Source: Smithellaceae bacterium (lineage in GTDB: Bacteria; Desulfobacterota; Syntrophia; Syntrophales; Smithellaceae). From it: a stretch of 64,000 bases of DNA. The translations under genes were made by a program, and so were the position numbers. This document shows positions 19,611 to 29,743 of this stretch, one piece after another. The notes under the pieces were generated by a model. It was not told the DNA's origin and searched no databases. It saw only the letters and a list, made by a program, of their open reading frames with translations. Each line of letters opens with the position of its first letter. The first letter of the stretch is position 1. The stretch is taken from NCBI GenBank assembly GCA_963667845.2, contig CAXXVL010000002.1, forward strand, positions 2,432,001-2,496,000, given 5' to 3'.

Positions 19611-20488
19611 AGCGCAAAGATGATAATCAGGCCGTTGATGAAATAAAAGATGCGGATGTATTTACCATAGCGGTCAAGCTCCGGCAAGGTTTCCACGGAT
19701 CGGGTAAGCAGCCATAATCGGACCAAAAGAGGAACAGTCAAGAATACGCACCAGGCCAAAGGCGAAAGATACCCGCAGATGATCAGCGTGATAATGCTCA
19801 GGTAAATGACGATCCAATAAATCACAAGCCCCTGCAGGGCATTTTCCTTGCCCAGCCGCACCGCCAGCGTGCGCTTGCCGGCCCGTTCATCCGTATCGAT
19901 ATCGGGAATGCTTTGATAGTAAAGAATCAGAGACACCATCAGTCCAATCGGAATCGATACGGGCAGGGCTTGCCAGTCCACGTGTCCCAGTAAAACCCAG
20001 GTCGTGCCCAGAACCATGATGGGCCCCATATTGATGCCGGCAGAAAGCTCGCCCAGGCCATGATAGCCATAGCGGACGGGAGGGGCAACATAAAAGAGAC
20101 TGCTGAATGCCGCAATGGCCATGAGCGGAAGAATCGCCCAGAGTCTCAGCGACCAGGCCAGGCCAAGGCCGATGACGCCCGCCGCCGTATAAAGAAGAAT
20201 GATGGCGGTGCGCAATTCAGCCGGAGTGATTTTGCCTTCCTGAAGCACACGCGAGCCGCCGATGGACGCCCCCGCGTCCGTGCCCTGCATATGATCGAAA
20301 AAGTCATTGGCGATATTGGTGGCAAAGTGTACCAGAAAAGAAGCGATCAGGACCAGCGCAAAAGGCCAAACGGCAAAAGCGCCCTGATGTCCGGCCATAA
20401 TGGCCCCAACGGTAAGCGGTATCAGCGTTGCGATAAAAAAGGGCGGCCGGCTGGCCTGCACCCATGCTTTAAATTTTTCCGAATTCAT
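19604..20488 (-). CDS. menA: 1,4-dihydroxy-2-naphthoate prenyltransferase, UbiA/MenA family
   Basis: ASRPPF, NDFFDHMQGTD, GLGE and DIDTDERAGKRTLAVRLG motifs. Confidence 0.8.
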   Translation of the reverse strand: MNSEKFKAWVQASRPPFFIATLIPLTVGAIMAGHQGAFAVWPFALVLIASFLVHFATNIANDFFDHMQGTDAGASIGGSRVLQEGKITPAELRTAIILLYTAAGVIGLGLAWSLRLWAILPLMAIAAFSSLFYVAPPVRYGYHGLGELSAGINMGPIMVLGTTWVLLGHVDWQALPVSIPIGLMVSLILYYQSIPDIDTDERAGKRTLAVRLGKENALQGLVIYWIVIYLSIITLIICGYLSPLAWCVFLTVPLLVRLWLLTRSVETLPELDRYGKYIRIFYFINGLIIIFALG

Positions 20489-20583
20489 ACGCCATGGTCC
20501 ATATCAGAATTTGTCGAATCGTGCATGCATCTCGTTTTGCAGATACTGTTTCACATGCGTCGTGTCTCCCGTCGGCGGAGCTG

Positions 20584-20706
20584 GCGCTTCATTGTCTATT
20601 CACTATTCACTCATTTGTCTTTGACATTTCACATTTCACATTTCACATTTCACATTTCACCCTTCACCCTTCACTATCCACCATCCACTATTCACCATCC
20701 ACCATG
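20584..20706 (+). repeat. heptamer-repeat junction tract T5
   Basis: GCGCTTCATTGTCTATTCACTA... with tandem CATTTCA units; shares TTCACTCATTTGTCTTTGAC with T4; followed by TTGCTT-17-TATAAT (20720-20748). Confidence 0.9.
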
Positions 20707-20785
20707 TATTAAAAACACCTTGCTTTACAAATTCCGCAAATATATAATATGAACCAAAGATTATAATTATTGGATTCTTTAGATC

Positions 20786-21376
20786 ATGGAATACATTAAA
20801 AAACCCATATCCGCCATCCTGCGATCCGGCAGAACCGTATTTACATTCAAAGACATTTCTCTGATATGGCGTAACACGGATAAAAAAGCAGTTATCGCCG
20901 GAATTAATTACTATGTAAGCACGGGCCAGCTATACAGAATACGACGAGGCATCTACGCCAAGGATAAGAATTATGACAAAACAGAGCTGGCCTGCAGAAT
21001 CTACACTCCCTCATACGTCAGTTTTGAAACGGTGCTGACGCGCGCGGGCATCAATTTTCAATATTACGGGCAAATATTTATCGCGTCGTATCTGGCGCGC
21101 GAAATCGTTGTCGATGGTCAGGTTTATAATTACCGAAAGATAAAAAATGACCTGCTAACCGATTCGGCGGGTGTTTTGAACAAAAACGGTATTGCCATCG
21201 CCATACCCGAACGCGCTTTTTTAGATACGCTTTATCTCAACACGGATTATCATTTTGATAATCTTGCTCCGCTCATCTGGGATAAGATTTTTGAGATGCT
21301 GCCCCTGTATAATAACAAAAGGATGACCCGGAAGGTTCAGGAATTCTTTGATGCCAATAAAGAAGACAGCAGGTAA
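20786..21376 (+). CDS. type IV toxin-antitoxin AbiEi-like antitoxin
   Basis: wHTH LYRIRRGIY; PSYVSFETVL; PERAFLDTLY motifs. Confidence 0.8.
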   Translation: MEYIKKPISAILRSGRTVFTFKDISLIWRNTDKKAVIAGINYYVSTGQLYRIRRGIYAKDKNYDKTELACRIYTPSYVSFETVLTRAGINFQYYGQIFIASYLAREIVVDGQVYNYRKIKNDLLTDSAGVLNKNGIAIAIPERAFLDTLYLNTDYHFDNLAPLIWDKIFEMLPLYNNKRMTRKVQEFFDANKEDSR

Positions 21377-21381
21377 CTTCT

Positions 21382-22089
21382 ATGACGATCAACAGCAAAA
21401 TAAACGCGCCGATGCATAAGAAAATACTATTTCAGATACTCAAAGACATTTATTCCGATACGTCCATTGCGCCCCTTCTGGGATTTAAAGGCGGCACAGC
21501 GGCTTTCATGTTTTATGGGCTCAACCGTTTTTCCGTTGATCTGGATTTTGATTTATTAGATTCATCCAAAGAAAAAGATGTGTTTGATAAAATTGTCAGG
21601 ATTGCCGGAAATTATGGAACGATAAGAGACGCGCACGTCAAAAAGTTCAGCCTTCTGGTGGTGCTCTCTTATGATGAGAAGGCAACCAATATCAAAATTG
21701 AAATCAATCGCCGCGCTTTCGGTTCTAGATACGAAATTCAAACCTACCTGGGTGTATCCATGCAAGTCATGGTGCGTGAAGATATGTTTGCGCACAAACT
21801 GATGGCCATGTATGAAAGAATCGGTAAAACAAACCGTGACATTTATGATGTCTGGTATTTCGCCAACAACCGCTGGCCGATTAATAAAGAAATCGTAGAG
21901 AAACGCGCTGGTATGTCATACGGACAGCTTTTGCAGAAGTGTATTATGCGCCTGGAAAAAATGAGCGACCGTACCATTTTGAGCGGCCTGGGGGATCTGT
22001 TAACCGACGAGCGGAAAAAATGGGCAAAGACGAAGCTTCGGACTGATACGATTATTTTACTTAACCTGGCTTTAGAAAGCGAACGGTAG
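21382..22089 (+). CDS. AbiEii/AbiGii nucleotidyltransferase toxin
   Basis: FKGGT..RFSVDLDF; KIEI; HKL; RDIYD motifs. Confidence 0.9.
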   Translation: MTINSKINAPMHKKILFQILKDIYSDTSIAPLLGFKGGTAAFMFYGLNRFSVDLDFDLLDSSKEKDVFDKIVRIAGNYGTIRDAHVKKFSLLVVLSYDEKATNIKIEINRRAFGSRYEIQTYLGVSMQVMVREDMFAHKLMAMYERIGKTNRDIYDVWYFANNRWPINKEIVEKRAGMSYGQLLQKCIMRLEKMSDRTILSGLGDLLTDERKKWAKTKLRTDTIILLNLALESER

Positions 22090-22115
22090 AGTGTGGCTAA
22101 AGCAGAGTGCTCGGC

Positions 22116-22185
22116 GTGCTGCCTCATCGCTTTTCACCATTCACCATTCACTATCCACTATCCACTATCCACTATTCACTATTTT
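22116..22185 (+). repeat. heptamer-repeat junction tract T6
   Basis: GTGCTGCCTCATCGCTTTTCACCA(TTCACCA/TCCACTA)n, then TTTTCCTGATTTTTCCTTGCAA as in T2; TTGCAA-16-TAAGAT (22198-22225). Confidence 0.9.
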
Positions 22186-22296
22186 CCTGATTTTTCCTTG
22201 CAATGTGATTTCAAAGTTGTAAGATGACGGGCAATTAAAAGAAATCTTCTGTAAGTTATTCAATACACATGTCTGATTATCAAAAAGAGCTTCATA

Positions 22297-22644
22297 GTGA
22301 ATGAAATAAAAGAAATAACAGAGAAGATAAAAAAATTTAGAGATGAACGAGACTGGATGCAATTCCATAATCACAAGGACATGGCATTATCTCTGTTGTT
22401 GGAAGCTGCAGAAGTTTTAGAACATTTTCAATGGAAGTCAGATGAAGAAATTACCGGCTATGTCGAGAAATCAAAAGATGACATTGCAGATGAACTTGCG
22501 GATGTTGCCATATATTTGTTTGAGCTCGCAGATAACATGAAAATTGATCTTTCTAAGGCGATCAGTGAAAAGCTCGACAAGAATGCAAAAAAATATCCTG
22601 TAAACAAGGCAAAAGGATCTGCAAAGAAATATACGGAGCTCTGA
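22297..22644 (+). CDS. MazG-like nucleotide pyrophosphohydrolase
   Basis: FRDERDWMQFH..KDMALSL..EAAEVLEHFQW; DELADV; KYPV..KGS.KKY motifs. Confidence 0.9.
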   Translation: MNEIKEITEKIKKFRDERDWMQFHNHKDMALSLLLEAAEVLEHFQWKSDEEITGYVEKSKDDIADELADVAIYLFELADNMKIDLSKAISEKLDKNAKKYPVNKAKGSAKKYTEL

Positions 22645-22645
22645 A

Positions 22646-25102
22646 ATGCGGTTGTATTCAGGCATGTCTCAGAATTTCATTCGTGATACCGTCCATAATC
22701 AGATCGCTGGCATGCTTTCTGATGCGTTTATAAAACATTACCGGTACAAGCCTTCCCCCAACGAAGTAAATTCATGGCGTAACTCGCTTCGTGCGGTGTC
22801 TGATGTCTTTCAAGTAGCTCAGTTGGAAGATCATGGCGTGATTCTCGAATTTCAGCTTCCTCTCACATCAAAAAGGCTAGACTGCCTTATCTGTGGCAAA
22901 GATAGCCATGGGTATGACAATGCGGTCATTATTGAGTTGAAACAATGGGACCGGTGTGGAAGAGCTGCTGGTGATAACCTTGTTTCTACCTGGGTCGGCG
23001 GATCAGAAAGGGATATATTGCATCCTTCCGCACAGGTCGGACAATATCATTATTACCTTGCGGATAATCACACCGCTTTTCATGAAGGTCTAGCCCCTAT
23101 TAAACTGAAATCATGTGCTTATCTTCACAATTATTATTCGGAAGACGGCGACCCTCTCTTGGACGATTCTTTCAAACCACTTCTTCGTCAATTTCCAACG
23201 TTTATGGCGGATGACGTACCTTTAATTAAGGATTTTCTTCTTAGCGGCCTTAGTAATGGTGCTGGTCAATCCGTTCTTCAAAAGATAGAAAAAAGCAAGT
23301 ATCGCCCGAGCAAAAAACTAATGCAGCATGTCAGCAACGTTATACAAGGAACGAAAGAATACGTTCTTCTTGACGAACAATATGTAGTCTATAACAAGGT
23401 TCTGGCCTGCAGCAACGAAGGATTTAACGACCGTAAGAAGATTGTCATTATCGTTAAAGGCGGTCCCGGTACGGGAAAGTCAGTCATTGCTATCAATTTA
23501 ATGAGTGATTTATTGTCAAAGGGTCTCAATGCACATTACGCAACAGGATCAAAGGCATTTACCGAAACACTTCGCAAGATCATTGGTCTGCGCGGATCAT
23601 CACAATTCAAGTATTTTAACAGTTACGCGCAGGCTCAACCCAACGAGATTGATATTCTAATTTGTGATGAAGCACACCGCATCCGTAAAACGAGCAATAA
23701 TAGGTTCACACCAAAAACGCAGCAGAGTAATAAACCGCAGATTCAAGAGATACTGGATGCTTGCAAGGTCAGCGTATTCTTCATCGACGACAAACAAGTG
23801 GTACGGCCTGATGAAATTGGTTCATCACATTTCATAGCCGAGCAGGCTACAAAAAATAATTGTCGTATTTTCGAATATGAGCTTGAAGCCCAATTCAGGT
23901 GTTCCGGTTCGGACGGATTTGTAAACTGGATTAATAACACTTTGGATATCGAAAGGACGGCAAATGTCATATGGGAGGGCGATGAATCATTTGAGTTCGA
24001 TATTTTTCAAACGCCCGAAGCACTCGATGCCGCCATCAGAGAAAAAGCGGCTATGGGTTTTACAGCACGACTGACGGCGGGATTTTGCTGGCCTTGGTCT
24101 GATCCCGATAATCAAGGAAAGCTTCTGGCAGATGTGCAAATAGGTGAATATAAAAGAGCTTGGAATGCGAAACCCGATGCACGAAGACTCTCAGCAGGCA
24201 TACCGAAAGCAACTTTGTGGGCGTATGATCCGAATGGCATCAATCAGATAGGCTGCATATATACTGCGCAAGGATTTGAATTTGATTACGTGGGTGTAAT
24301 TGTAGGAACTGATTTGACTTATAATCTTGATGATCAAAAGTGGGCAGGCCACCGGGGGAATTCATTTGATGGCCCGGTTAAAAGAGCGCAAGATAGATTT
24401 ATCGATCTTATTAAAAATACTTACAGGGTCCTGTTTTCCCGCGGAATGAAAGGTTGCTATGTCTATTTCATGGATAAAGATACCGAGCGATTTTTCAAAA
24501 GCCGGATGGATTTGTCTGCGATTCAGAAGAAATTGACACCTGTCTCCGAAATAGCGACATCAAATGAATCGTCTATCCTGCCATTCAGGCATCTGGATCT
24601 TAGCGAGGTGAAGCCATTTGTCAATTGTGTCCCCCTTTATGATCTCAAGGTTGCGGCTGGACGGTATAGTGATGAACAGCAAGTGTCAGAGTGGTTGGGC
24701 GGACAAGAATACAACAATATATCAGATATCGATTGGGTAGAACTTCCCGACGCCTTCCGCCACCAGCGAGGACTGTTTGTTGCTCAAGTAGTTGGTGAGT
24801 CAATGAATAGACGAATACCGAATGGGGCATGGTGTCTTTTTAAATTGAATCCTGAAGGCACCCGTCAAGGGAAGGTGGTCCTTGCACAACATCGAGGGAT
24901 CGCGGACGTTGACAACGGGGGACAATTCACAGTTAAGAAATACGAAAGCAAGAAAATCATTCACTCAGATGGCACTTGGCGTCATGTATTAATTACGCTC
25001 AGACCTGAGACTACAGTGGCAGGATATGAACCGCTCACATTTACTGACGAAAAAGTTGAAGATATAAAAGTCATTGCAGAACTTGTTGCAGTGTTGGGTT
25101 AA
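22646..25102 (+). CDS. DUF2075 (Schlafen group 3-like) helicase fused to a C-terminal S24/LexA-type peptidase domain
   Basis: N-terminal D..IELKQW nuclease-like motif; GGPGTGKS; DEAHR; GCIYTAQGFEFDYVGV; NTYRVLFSRG; C-terminal GESM and TVKK. Confidence 0.88.
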   Translation: MRLYSGMSQNFIRDTVHNQIAGMLSDAFIKHYRYKPSPNEVNSWRNSLRAVSDVFQVAQLEDHGVILEFQLPLTSKRLDCLICGKDSHGYDNAVIIELKQWDRCGRAAGDNLVSTWVGGSERDILHPSAQVGQYHYYLADNHTAFHEGLAPIKLKSCAYLHNYYSEDGDPLLDDSFKPLLRQFPTFMADDVPLIKDFLLSGLSNGAGQSVLQKIEKSKYRPSKKLMQHVSNVIQGTKEYVLLDEQYVVYNKVLACSNEGFNDRKKIVIIVKGGPGTGKSVIAINLMSDLLSKGLNAHYATGSKAFTETLRKIIGLRGSSQFKYFNSYAQAQPNEIDILICDEAHRIRKTSNNRFTPKTQQSNKPQIQEILDACKVSVFFIDDKQVVRPDEIGSSHFIAEQATKNNCRIFEYELEAQFRCSGSDGFVNWINNTLDIERTANVIWEGDESFEFDIFQTPEALDAAIREKAAMGFTARLTAGFCWPWSDPDNQGKLLADVQIGEYKRAWNAKPDARRLSAGIPKATLWAYDPNGINQIGCIYTAQGFEFDYVGVIVGTDLTYNLDDQKWAGHRGNSFDGPVKRAQDRFIDLIKNTYRVLFSRGMKGCYVYFMDKDTERFFKSRMDLSAIQKKLTPVSEIATSNESSILPFRHLDLSEVKPFVNCVPLYDLKVAAGRYSDEQQVSEWLGGQEYNNISDIDWVELPDAFRHQRGLFVAQVVGESMNRRIPNGAWCLFKLNPEGTRQGKVVLAQHRGIADVDNGGQFTVKKYESKKIIHSDGTWRHVLITLRPETTVAGYEPLTFTDEKVEDIKVIAELVAVLG

Positions 25103-25168
25103 TTAAGTAACAAAGAGGTACGGGAAAACTTAAAGTCAAGACCAGCCTAGCATAATAGAGTTTTTACC

Positions 25169-26143
25169 ATGGTCGTTACTGAAAAACAGCATCGCAGAGC
25201 AATATTCCGCGCTCTTCTTCCTTATTATGGTAAAATCGTATCGCCTCAATTTTTGAAGAAAACAGCAACGATTATTCCCAGCATTGAAAGAATTCATCCT
25301 TTAATAGAGGGTATCTATAAGCCAGCAGGAAGTGAATATGCGCTAAGCATCGCTAGCATGAAAACAAATCCATATGCTGACAAGCTTACCTACCTGCCTG
25401 ATGGTCGTTGGTATATCAAATATTCTGCTAAGTCCGGCGGCAAGAATCTTGCTGTCAACCAAGGGCTTTTTAAATGTATGCTTGATAAAGAACCGATTAT
25501 TGTTCTTGAGCAGATTTCAAACAAGGGAAGCAGACAAGGAACCCAATATAGGCTCATGGGGCTTGGTCTCATTGACGCTTATGATGCTGATCAAGATGTC
25601 TTTTCTATTCAACATGTAGATTTTGCTACGCTCGAAAGAGTGAGTTACGGTGAGCAGGAGGAAAAAGTAATTGCGTCAGCACTGCGTAGTAATACTTTGG
25701 AAAAGTTCGTCCCTTTTATAGAGGAAAACAAAGCTATTTATAAAGTATCGGCGCAAAAGCGTGACAAAGCATTTAAGGATGTCGTTTTGGAACAATATGC
25801 CTTCACGTGTGCTGTTACGGGACAACAATACTATTCTGATCATCTTGTTGAAGCACAGGCAGCTCATATAATACCACGACGAATTAATGGTAGCGATGAC
25901 CCAAGAAACGGTATTGCACTTTCTCATACTGCCCACTGGGCATTTGATCAAGGCATGTTCACCTTGTCCGATCAGTATGAAATAATCGTCCATCCAAAAG
26001 CTAGACATGCGCGAATAAATAAATTTTCTATTATTGACTTGCAGGGTCAGCCAATCAACAAACCGGATGATGATGCTTTTTGGCCACACAAAGATGCGAT
26101 TGATTGGCATAAAGCGGAGGTTTTTGACAGAGTCAATCCATAA
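25169..26143 (+). CDS. HNH endonuclease with possible SRA-like N-terminal domain
   Basis: CAVTG..EAQAAHIIP..GSDDPRNGIALS..AHWAFDQG (HNH_2-type); N-terminal GIYKP..YALS..NPYAD. Confidence 0.8.
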   Translation: MVVTEKQHRRAIFRALLPYYGKIVSPQFLKKTATIIPSIERIHPLIEGIYKPAGSEYALSIASMKTNPYADKLTYLPDGRWYIKYSAKSGGKNLAVNQGLFKCMLDKEPIIVLEQISNKGSRQGTQYRLMGLGLIDAYDADQDVFSIQHVDFATLERVSYGEQEEKVIASALRSNTLEKFVPFIEENKAIYKVSAQKRDKAFKDVVLEQYAFTCAVTGQQYYSDHLVEAQAAHIIPRRINGSDDPRNGIALSHTAHWAFDQGMFTLSDQYEIIVHPKARHARINKFSIIDLQGQPINKPDDDAFWPHKDAIDWHKAEVFDRVNP

Positions 26144-26159
26144 ATTACAGGAATGACTT

Positions 26160-26987
26160 ATGCAACGTCTTAATGTCCGGCAATCTCAGATTAAAGAATG
26201 TATTGAAAAATCACTTTTCGCAATTGATCAAACGCCACATTTCTATAAGGGGGAGATACTCCTTCTCCAGCTTGTCAAGGCTGAAGCTGCGCAATTTGGC
26301 AAGTTGCATGAACGCATTGAATTTGCATTGGTGTATGACCATTATGAAGTCGATCATACTGGCACGATAAGCAGACAACATTGGCCGCTTGCAGGGAAAA
26401 CTTGGCGATATATACTTTTTTGCTCTGATACATTACCGACTATTCCATTCAGTCTAGAAGGCTTATCTCTTTCCAAAGGTTATCTGGGACAAACCAACCC
26501 TATGATGATCAGCCCAGCAGACGAAGCCAGAATATCGCCATACGTCTGGGGTCGCATAAATGGTTATGAACTCAGAGATAAGTTTGGCCCTAGCCTGGTT
26601 AAAGAAACTCTTGCTAATTATGATGTGATTCTTCATCCAAAGAGAATTAAGAAGGTTATAATTCCTGAACACGAAGAATTCTATCGAGATCCCCTCTTAG
26701 CCGAATCGCTGAAGGGTTTATATGATCATAGATGTCAAGTATGCGGTATGAATTTTAACATTAAATACAGCGAGCCTTTTGCGGAAACGCATCACATCCT
26801 TGCGTTGGCTGAAGGTGGCTTGGATGTGAGCAAGAATATAGTCGTCACTTGTCCGAATCATCATAGAATAATACACAGAACCAAAGCTGTGCTTGATTTT
26901 GCGAAACTGTCATACAAATACCCGAACGGATTAGAGGAAAGATTAGTTTTAGCTGACCACTTTGAACATAAATCATCTTGGACGTGA
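26160..26987 (+). CDS. HNH endonuclease with McrA-like C-terminus
   Basis: CQVCG..AETHHI.LAEGGLD..NIVVTCPNHH motif. Confidence 0.82.
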   Translation: MQRLNVRQSQIKECIEKSLFAIDQTPHFYKGEILLLQLVKAEAAQFGKLHERIEFALVYDHYEVDHTGTISRQHWPLAGKTWRYILFCSDTLPTIPFSLEGLSLSKGYLGQTNPMMISPADEARISPYVWGRINGYELRDKFGPSLVKETLANYDVILHPKRIKKVIIPEHEEFYRDPLLAESLKGLYDHRCQVCGMNFNIKYSEPFAETHHILALAEGGLDVSKNIVVTCPNHHRIIHRTKAVLDFAKLSYKYPNGLEERLVLADHFEHKSSWT

Positions 26988-27265
26988 TGGCTATTGATGC
27001 GGTTTAGAAAGAAGGGGACAGGTACATTTATCTTCTGAGACGGACATACCACTTAATTGAGATAAAGCTGCGGATGCCTCTCTATCCGTGACAGTTGGCG
27101 ACAGAGATCAAGACTCGGGAGAAAGAACAGGACAGTTTCGTTTATTTGTCAGCTTGCATACCATATTCAAATGGGGGTCAAATCTATAATGTTATTGGCT
27201 ATTTTAACTATTGAGCTCGATAAAAGAACGAAAAAATACGGCAGGATGAAAACAAGGAGGAAGCA

Positions 27266-28129
27266 ATGAAATTCAGTTCTGATGGCGGATCAGACATTCC
27301 CACTAAGTTGAAAATCGGTATCCCCGTTTTCGTAGTACTGCTCTTATTATTTTTCTTTATGATTCGTTCCGTCAAACCGGACGCGGGCTCTGAAGCCGTG
27401 CTGGTGCACAAACCGCTCATTTTCGGCCATGGCGGTGTTGATACCGCGCCGATAAAAACCGGGCGTTCATACGTCTGGTTTACAACCGAACCCATTTACG
27501 TGAACATGCAGCCGATTCAATTTAATGAACATTTTGAAGACTTGATGTCATCGGACGGCGTGCCGCTTGATTTCGACAGCATTATCCGGTTGAAGGTGAT
27601 TGATTCCGTATCACTGATCCGCGACTTCGGGCCGCAGTGGTATGATAAGAATGTCAAGGCGGAATTCCGAAACCGTGTCCGTCAGGCCGTTCGTAAACAC
27701 GGCATGAATGAGACAGCAATCGATACGAAAGCCATCGACGCCATTGACGCGGAAGTATCCGCGGCGATGACAAAATGCGTTGAAGACGCGAAACTGCCGC
27801 TGAAGATGATGGATGTGACCGTCGGGAAGGCCAATCCTCCCGATTCCATAAAAAGCCAGAGGGTGGAAACGGCGGCGCAGCAGCAACGCGTGCTGACCGA
27901 ACACCAAAGAAAGCTTGCCGAAGACGCCCGCAAACAGGCTGAAACAAGCCGCGCCGCTTCTGATAATGCTTATCGTCTGGCGATGGGGATGGCGCCGGAT
28001 CAGTTCATTCAACTGGAGAATATTAAAATGATGAAGGAGGTCTGTAAATCCGGAAATTGTACTTTCATCGTCGCGCCTTCAGGGGTATCACCGATTATTG
28101 ATATCAGGAAAGACGTCGTAAAGAAATGA
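27266..28129 (+). CDS. SPFH/Band 7 (prohibitin-like) protein
   Basis: Single N-terminal TM, SSDGVPLDFD motif, coiled-coil tail; AAGGAGG RBS. Confidence 0.75.
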   Translation: MKFSSDGGSDIPTKLKIGIPVFVVLLLLFFFMIRSVKPDAGSEAVLVHKPLIFGHGGVDTAPIKTGRSYVWFTTEPIYVNMQPIQFNEHFEDLMSSDGVPLDFDSIIRLKVIDSVSLIRDFGPQWYDKNVKAEFRNRVRQAVRKHGMNETAIDTKAIDAIDAEVSAAMTKCVEDAKLPLKMMDVTVGKANPPDSIKSQRVETAAQQQRVLTEHQRKLAEDARKQAETSRAASDNAYRLAMGMAPDQFIQLENIKMMKEVCKSGNCTFIVAPSGVSPIIDIRKDVVKK

Positions 28130-28248
28130 TATGGAGGTAGATCGGATAGGTACAATAAAATATCGTTAATTGTGGCCATTTAGTCTCTAAATTAACGAAT
28201 ATGCATTCCAACCGTTCTATCTAATCTTTAAAAGTGAGGGACGTTTTG

Positions 28249-29442
28249 ATGCGTATATTGTCTTTGCGGTTGGTTATCGTTCTTATGTCCGTGGCTATCT
28301 TCGTCGGCTGTTCAGGGAGTAGCGACACCTCTCCGGGCGAGAGGCTGCAAGCATACGTCGATGCCACATGGAATAATTATAAAGAGCTCCATGGCCTGCC
28401 CGGCGGGGGTATGGCGGTCTATCTCGAAACGCCTGCCGGCAATTATTTTGCCTCCTCCGGCATGGCTACCGGCGTGGATCAGAACAACCGTTTCAGGATT
28501 GCAAGCAACACGAAGACCTTCACGGCTTCTGCTATTATGCTGCTGTATCAGCAGGGCAAACTCGATATTAACGATTTTATCGTCTCCGACATTCCCGGTA
28601 GTTCAAACCCTTATGTGCCCGATACACCCCAGTACAACATCCCTAACAAGGCAAGCATCAGCATCAGACACCTTCTCTCTCACACGGCAGGGGTCTTCGA
28701 TGTCACCAACGATAATATCCCCGGCAGCTGCTCTGCTCCCTATGCCGGTCAAAACTATGTGGAATACCAAGGAGCGATTGATCCCTACCACCAGTTCACA
28801 CCCGACGAGCTGGTCGGTGTGGACGCCACGTGCCAGCTTGCCTACTTCCCCCCGGGGACTGACTATAAATACTCCAACACGGGCTACTCGCTCCTCGCTA
28901 TAATTATCGATCGTGTCTCGGGCCTGTCATACGACAAGTTCGTGATGCAGAACCTTATAGCTCCTAATGCCCTTGCTTCTACGACGATTCCCATGCTCGG
29001 CACCGACCAGACGATCCCGGCCCCTTTCAACCCGGGCTACATCTGGTATAATAATGTGTGGGGGGATGCGACGGAAAGCAACATGTCGGCTAACATTGCA
29101 GAAGGCAATATCATCTCTACGCAGGCCGATCTTGCACGGTGGATCAAGCGCCTCATCACTGCCCAGGCCGGACCTACGGCCGCCTCCGTGACTGCAATGA
29201 CTACTCCAAACCCGCTGAGCGGATCAAGCAATTACGGCCTGGGCCTATCTTACACAGCCGGTTTGGGATATGGGCATGAGGGCGCACACGTCGGTTACTT
29301 CTCGCTCATGGACTATGATCCCATCGCTCATGTCACGACTATCCTTTATTTCAACGTCTGGGACTTTGCAAACCTCAAAACGGACCAAGGCACCTTACTG
29401 AAGCAGGCCGCCAAGGACGCAAGGGCCATTGTGGGATACTGA
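28249..29442 (+). CDS. serine hydrolase / D-Ala-D-Ala peptidase-like lipoprotein
   Basis: Lipobox FVGC; FRIASNTK (SxxK), YSNTGY and GHEG motifs. Confidence 0.9.
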   Translation: MRILSLRLVIVLMSVAIFVGCSGSSDTSPGERLQAYVDATWNNYKELHGLPGGGMAVYLETPAGNYFASSGMATGVDQNNRFRIASNTKTFTASAIMLLYQQGKLDINDFIVSDIPGSSNPYVPDTPQYNIPNKASISIRHLLSHTAGVFDVTNDNIPGSCSAPYAGQNYVEYQGAIDPYHQFTPDELVGVDATCQLAYFPPGTDYKYSNTGYSLLAIIIDRVSGLSYDKFVMQNLIAPNALASTTIPMLGTDQTIPAPFNPGYIWYNNVWGDATESNMSANIAEGNIISTQADLARWIKRLITAQAGPTAASVTAMTTPNPLSGSSNYGLGLSYTAGLGYGHEGAHVGYFSLMDYDPIAHVTTILYFNVWDFANLKTDQGTLLKQAAKDARAIVGY

Positions 29443-29743
29443 CAGTCTTCCCCCTCGCCGGGAAAATCCGGAGACGCTATACCGTTCCAGACGAAAGGAT
29501 GATCGGGGTCAGGTCTTGAAATAGCAGTCTTCGTTTTATAAACCAGATGAACTAGCCGTCCGATTGAACCGCACACCTTGAATCTGGAAATAATCTCCAG
29601 GATCAGATATAGAACGACGACTGCAAAAAGGCTCAAGGTATTTATGAAGTCAGCAGAAACAGGGCGGCTCCAGTGGAGACACTGGTCGGAATCGAAAATG
29701 AGCAATGGTGCGGGATGACGGTAACAGGATAAACGAGTATTCA

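Noticed and set aside
16311..20712. His/Pro/Phe-rich ORFs such as 16311..16511, 19431..19646, 19508..19717 and 20494..20712
   Set aside because: Translations of the heptamer repeats; no evidence of real coding.
14970..22185. Heptamer tracts as a CRISPR array or integron attC sites
   Set aside because: No constant repeat with unique spacers, no cas genes, no attC-like inverted core structure and no intI in the window.
29520..29700. Possible degenerate RAYT transposase start after GGGGTCAGGTCTTG
   Set aside because: The resemblance is too weak to support without a translated search.
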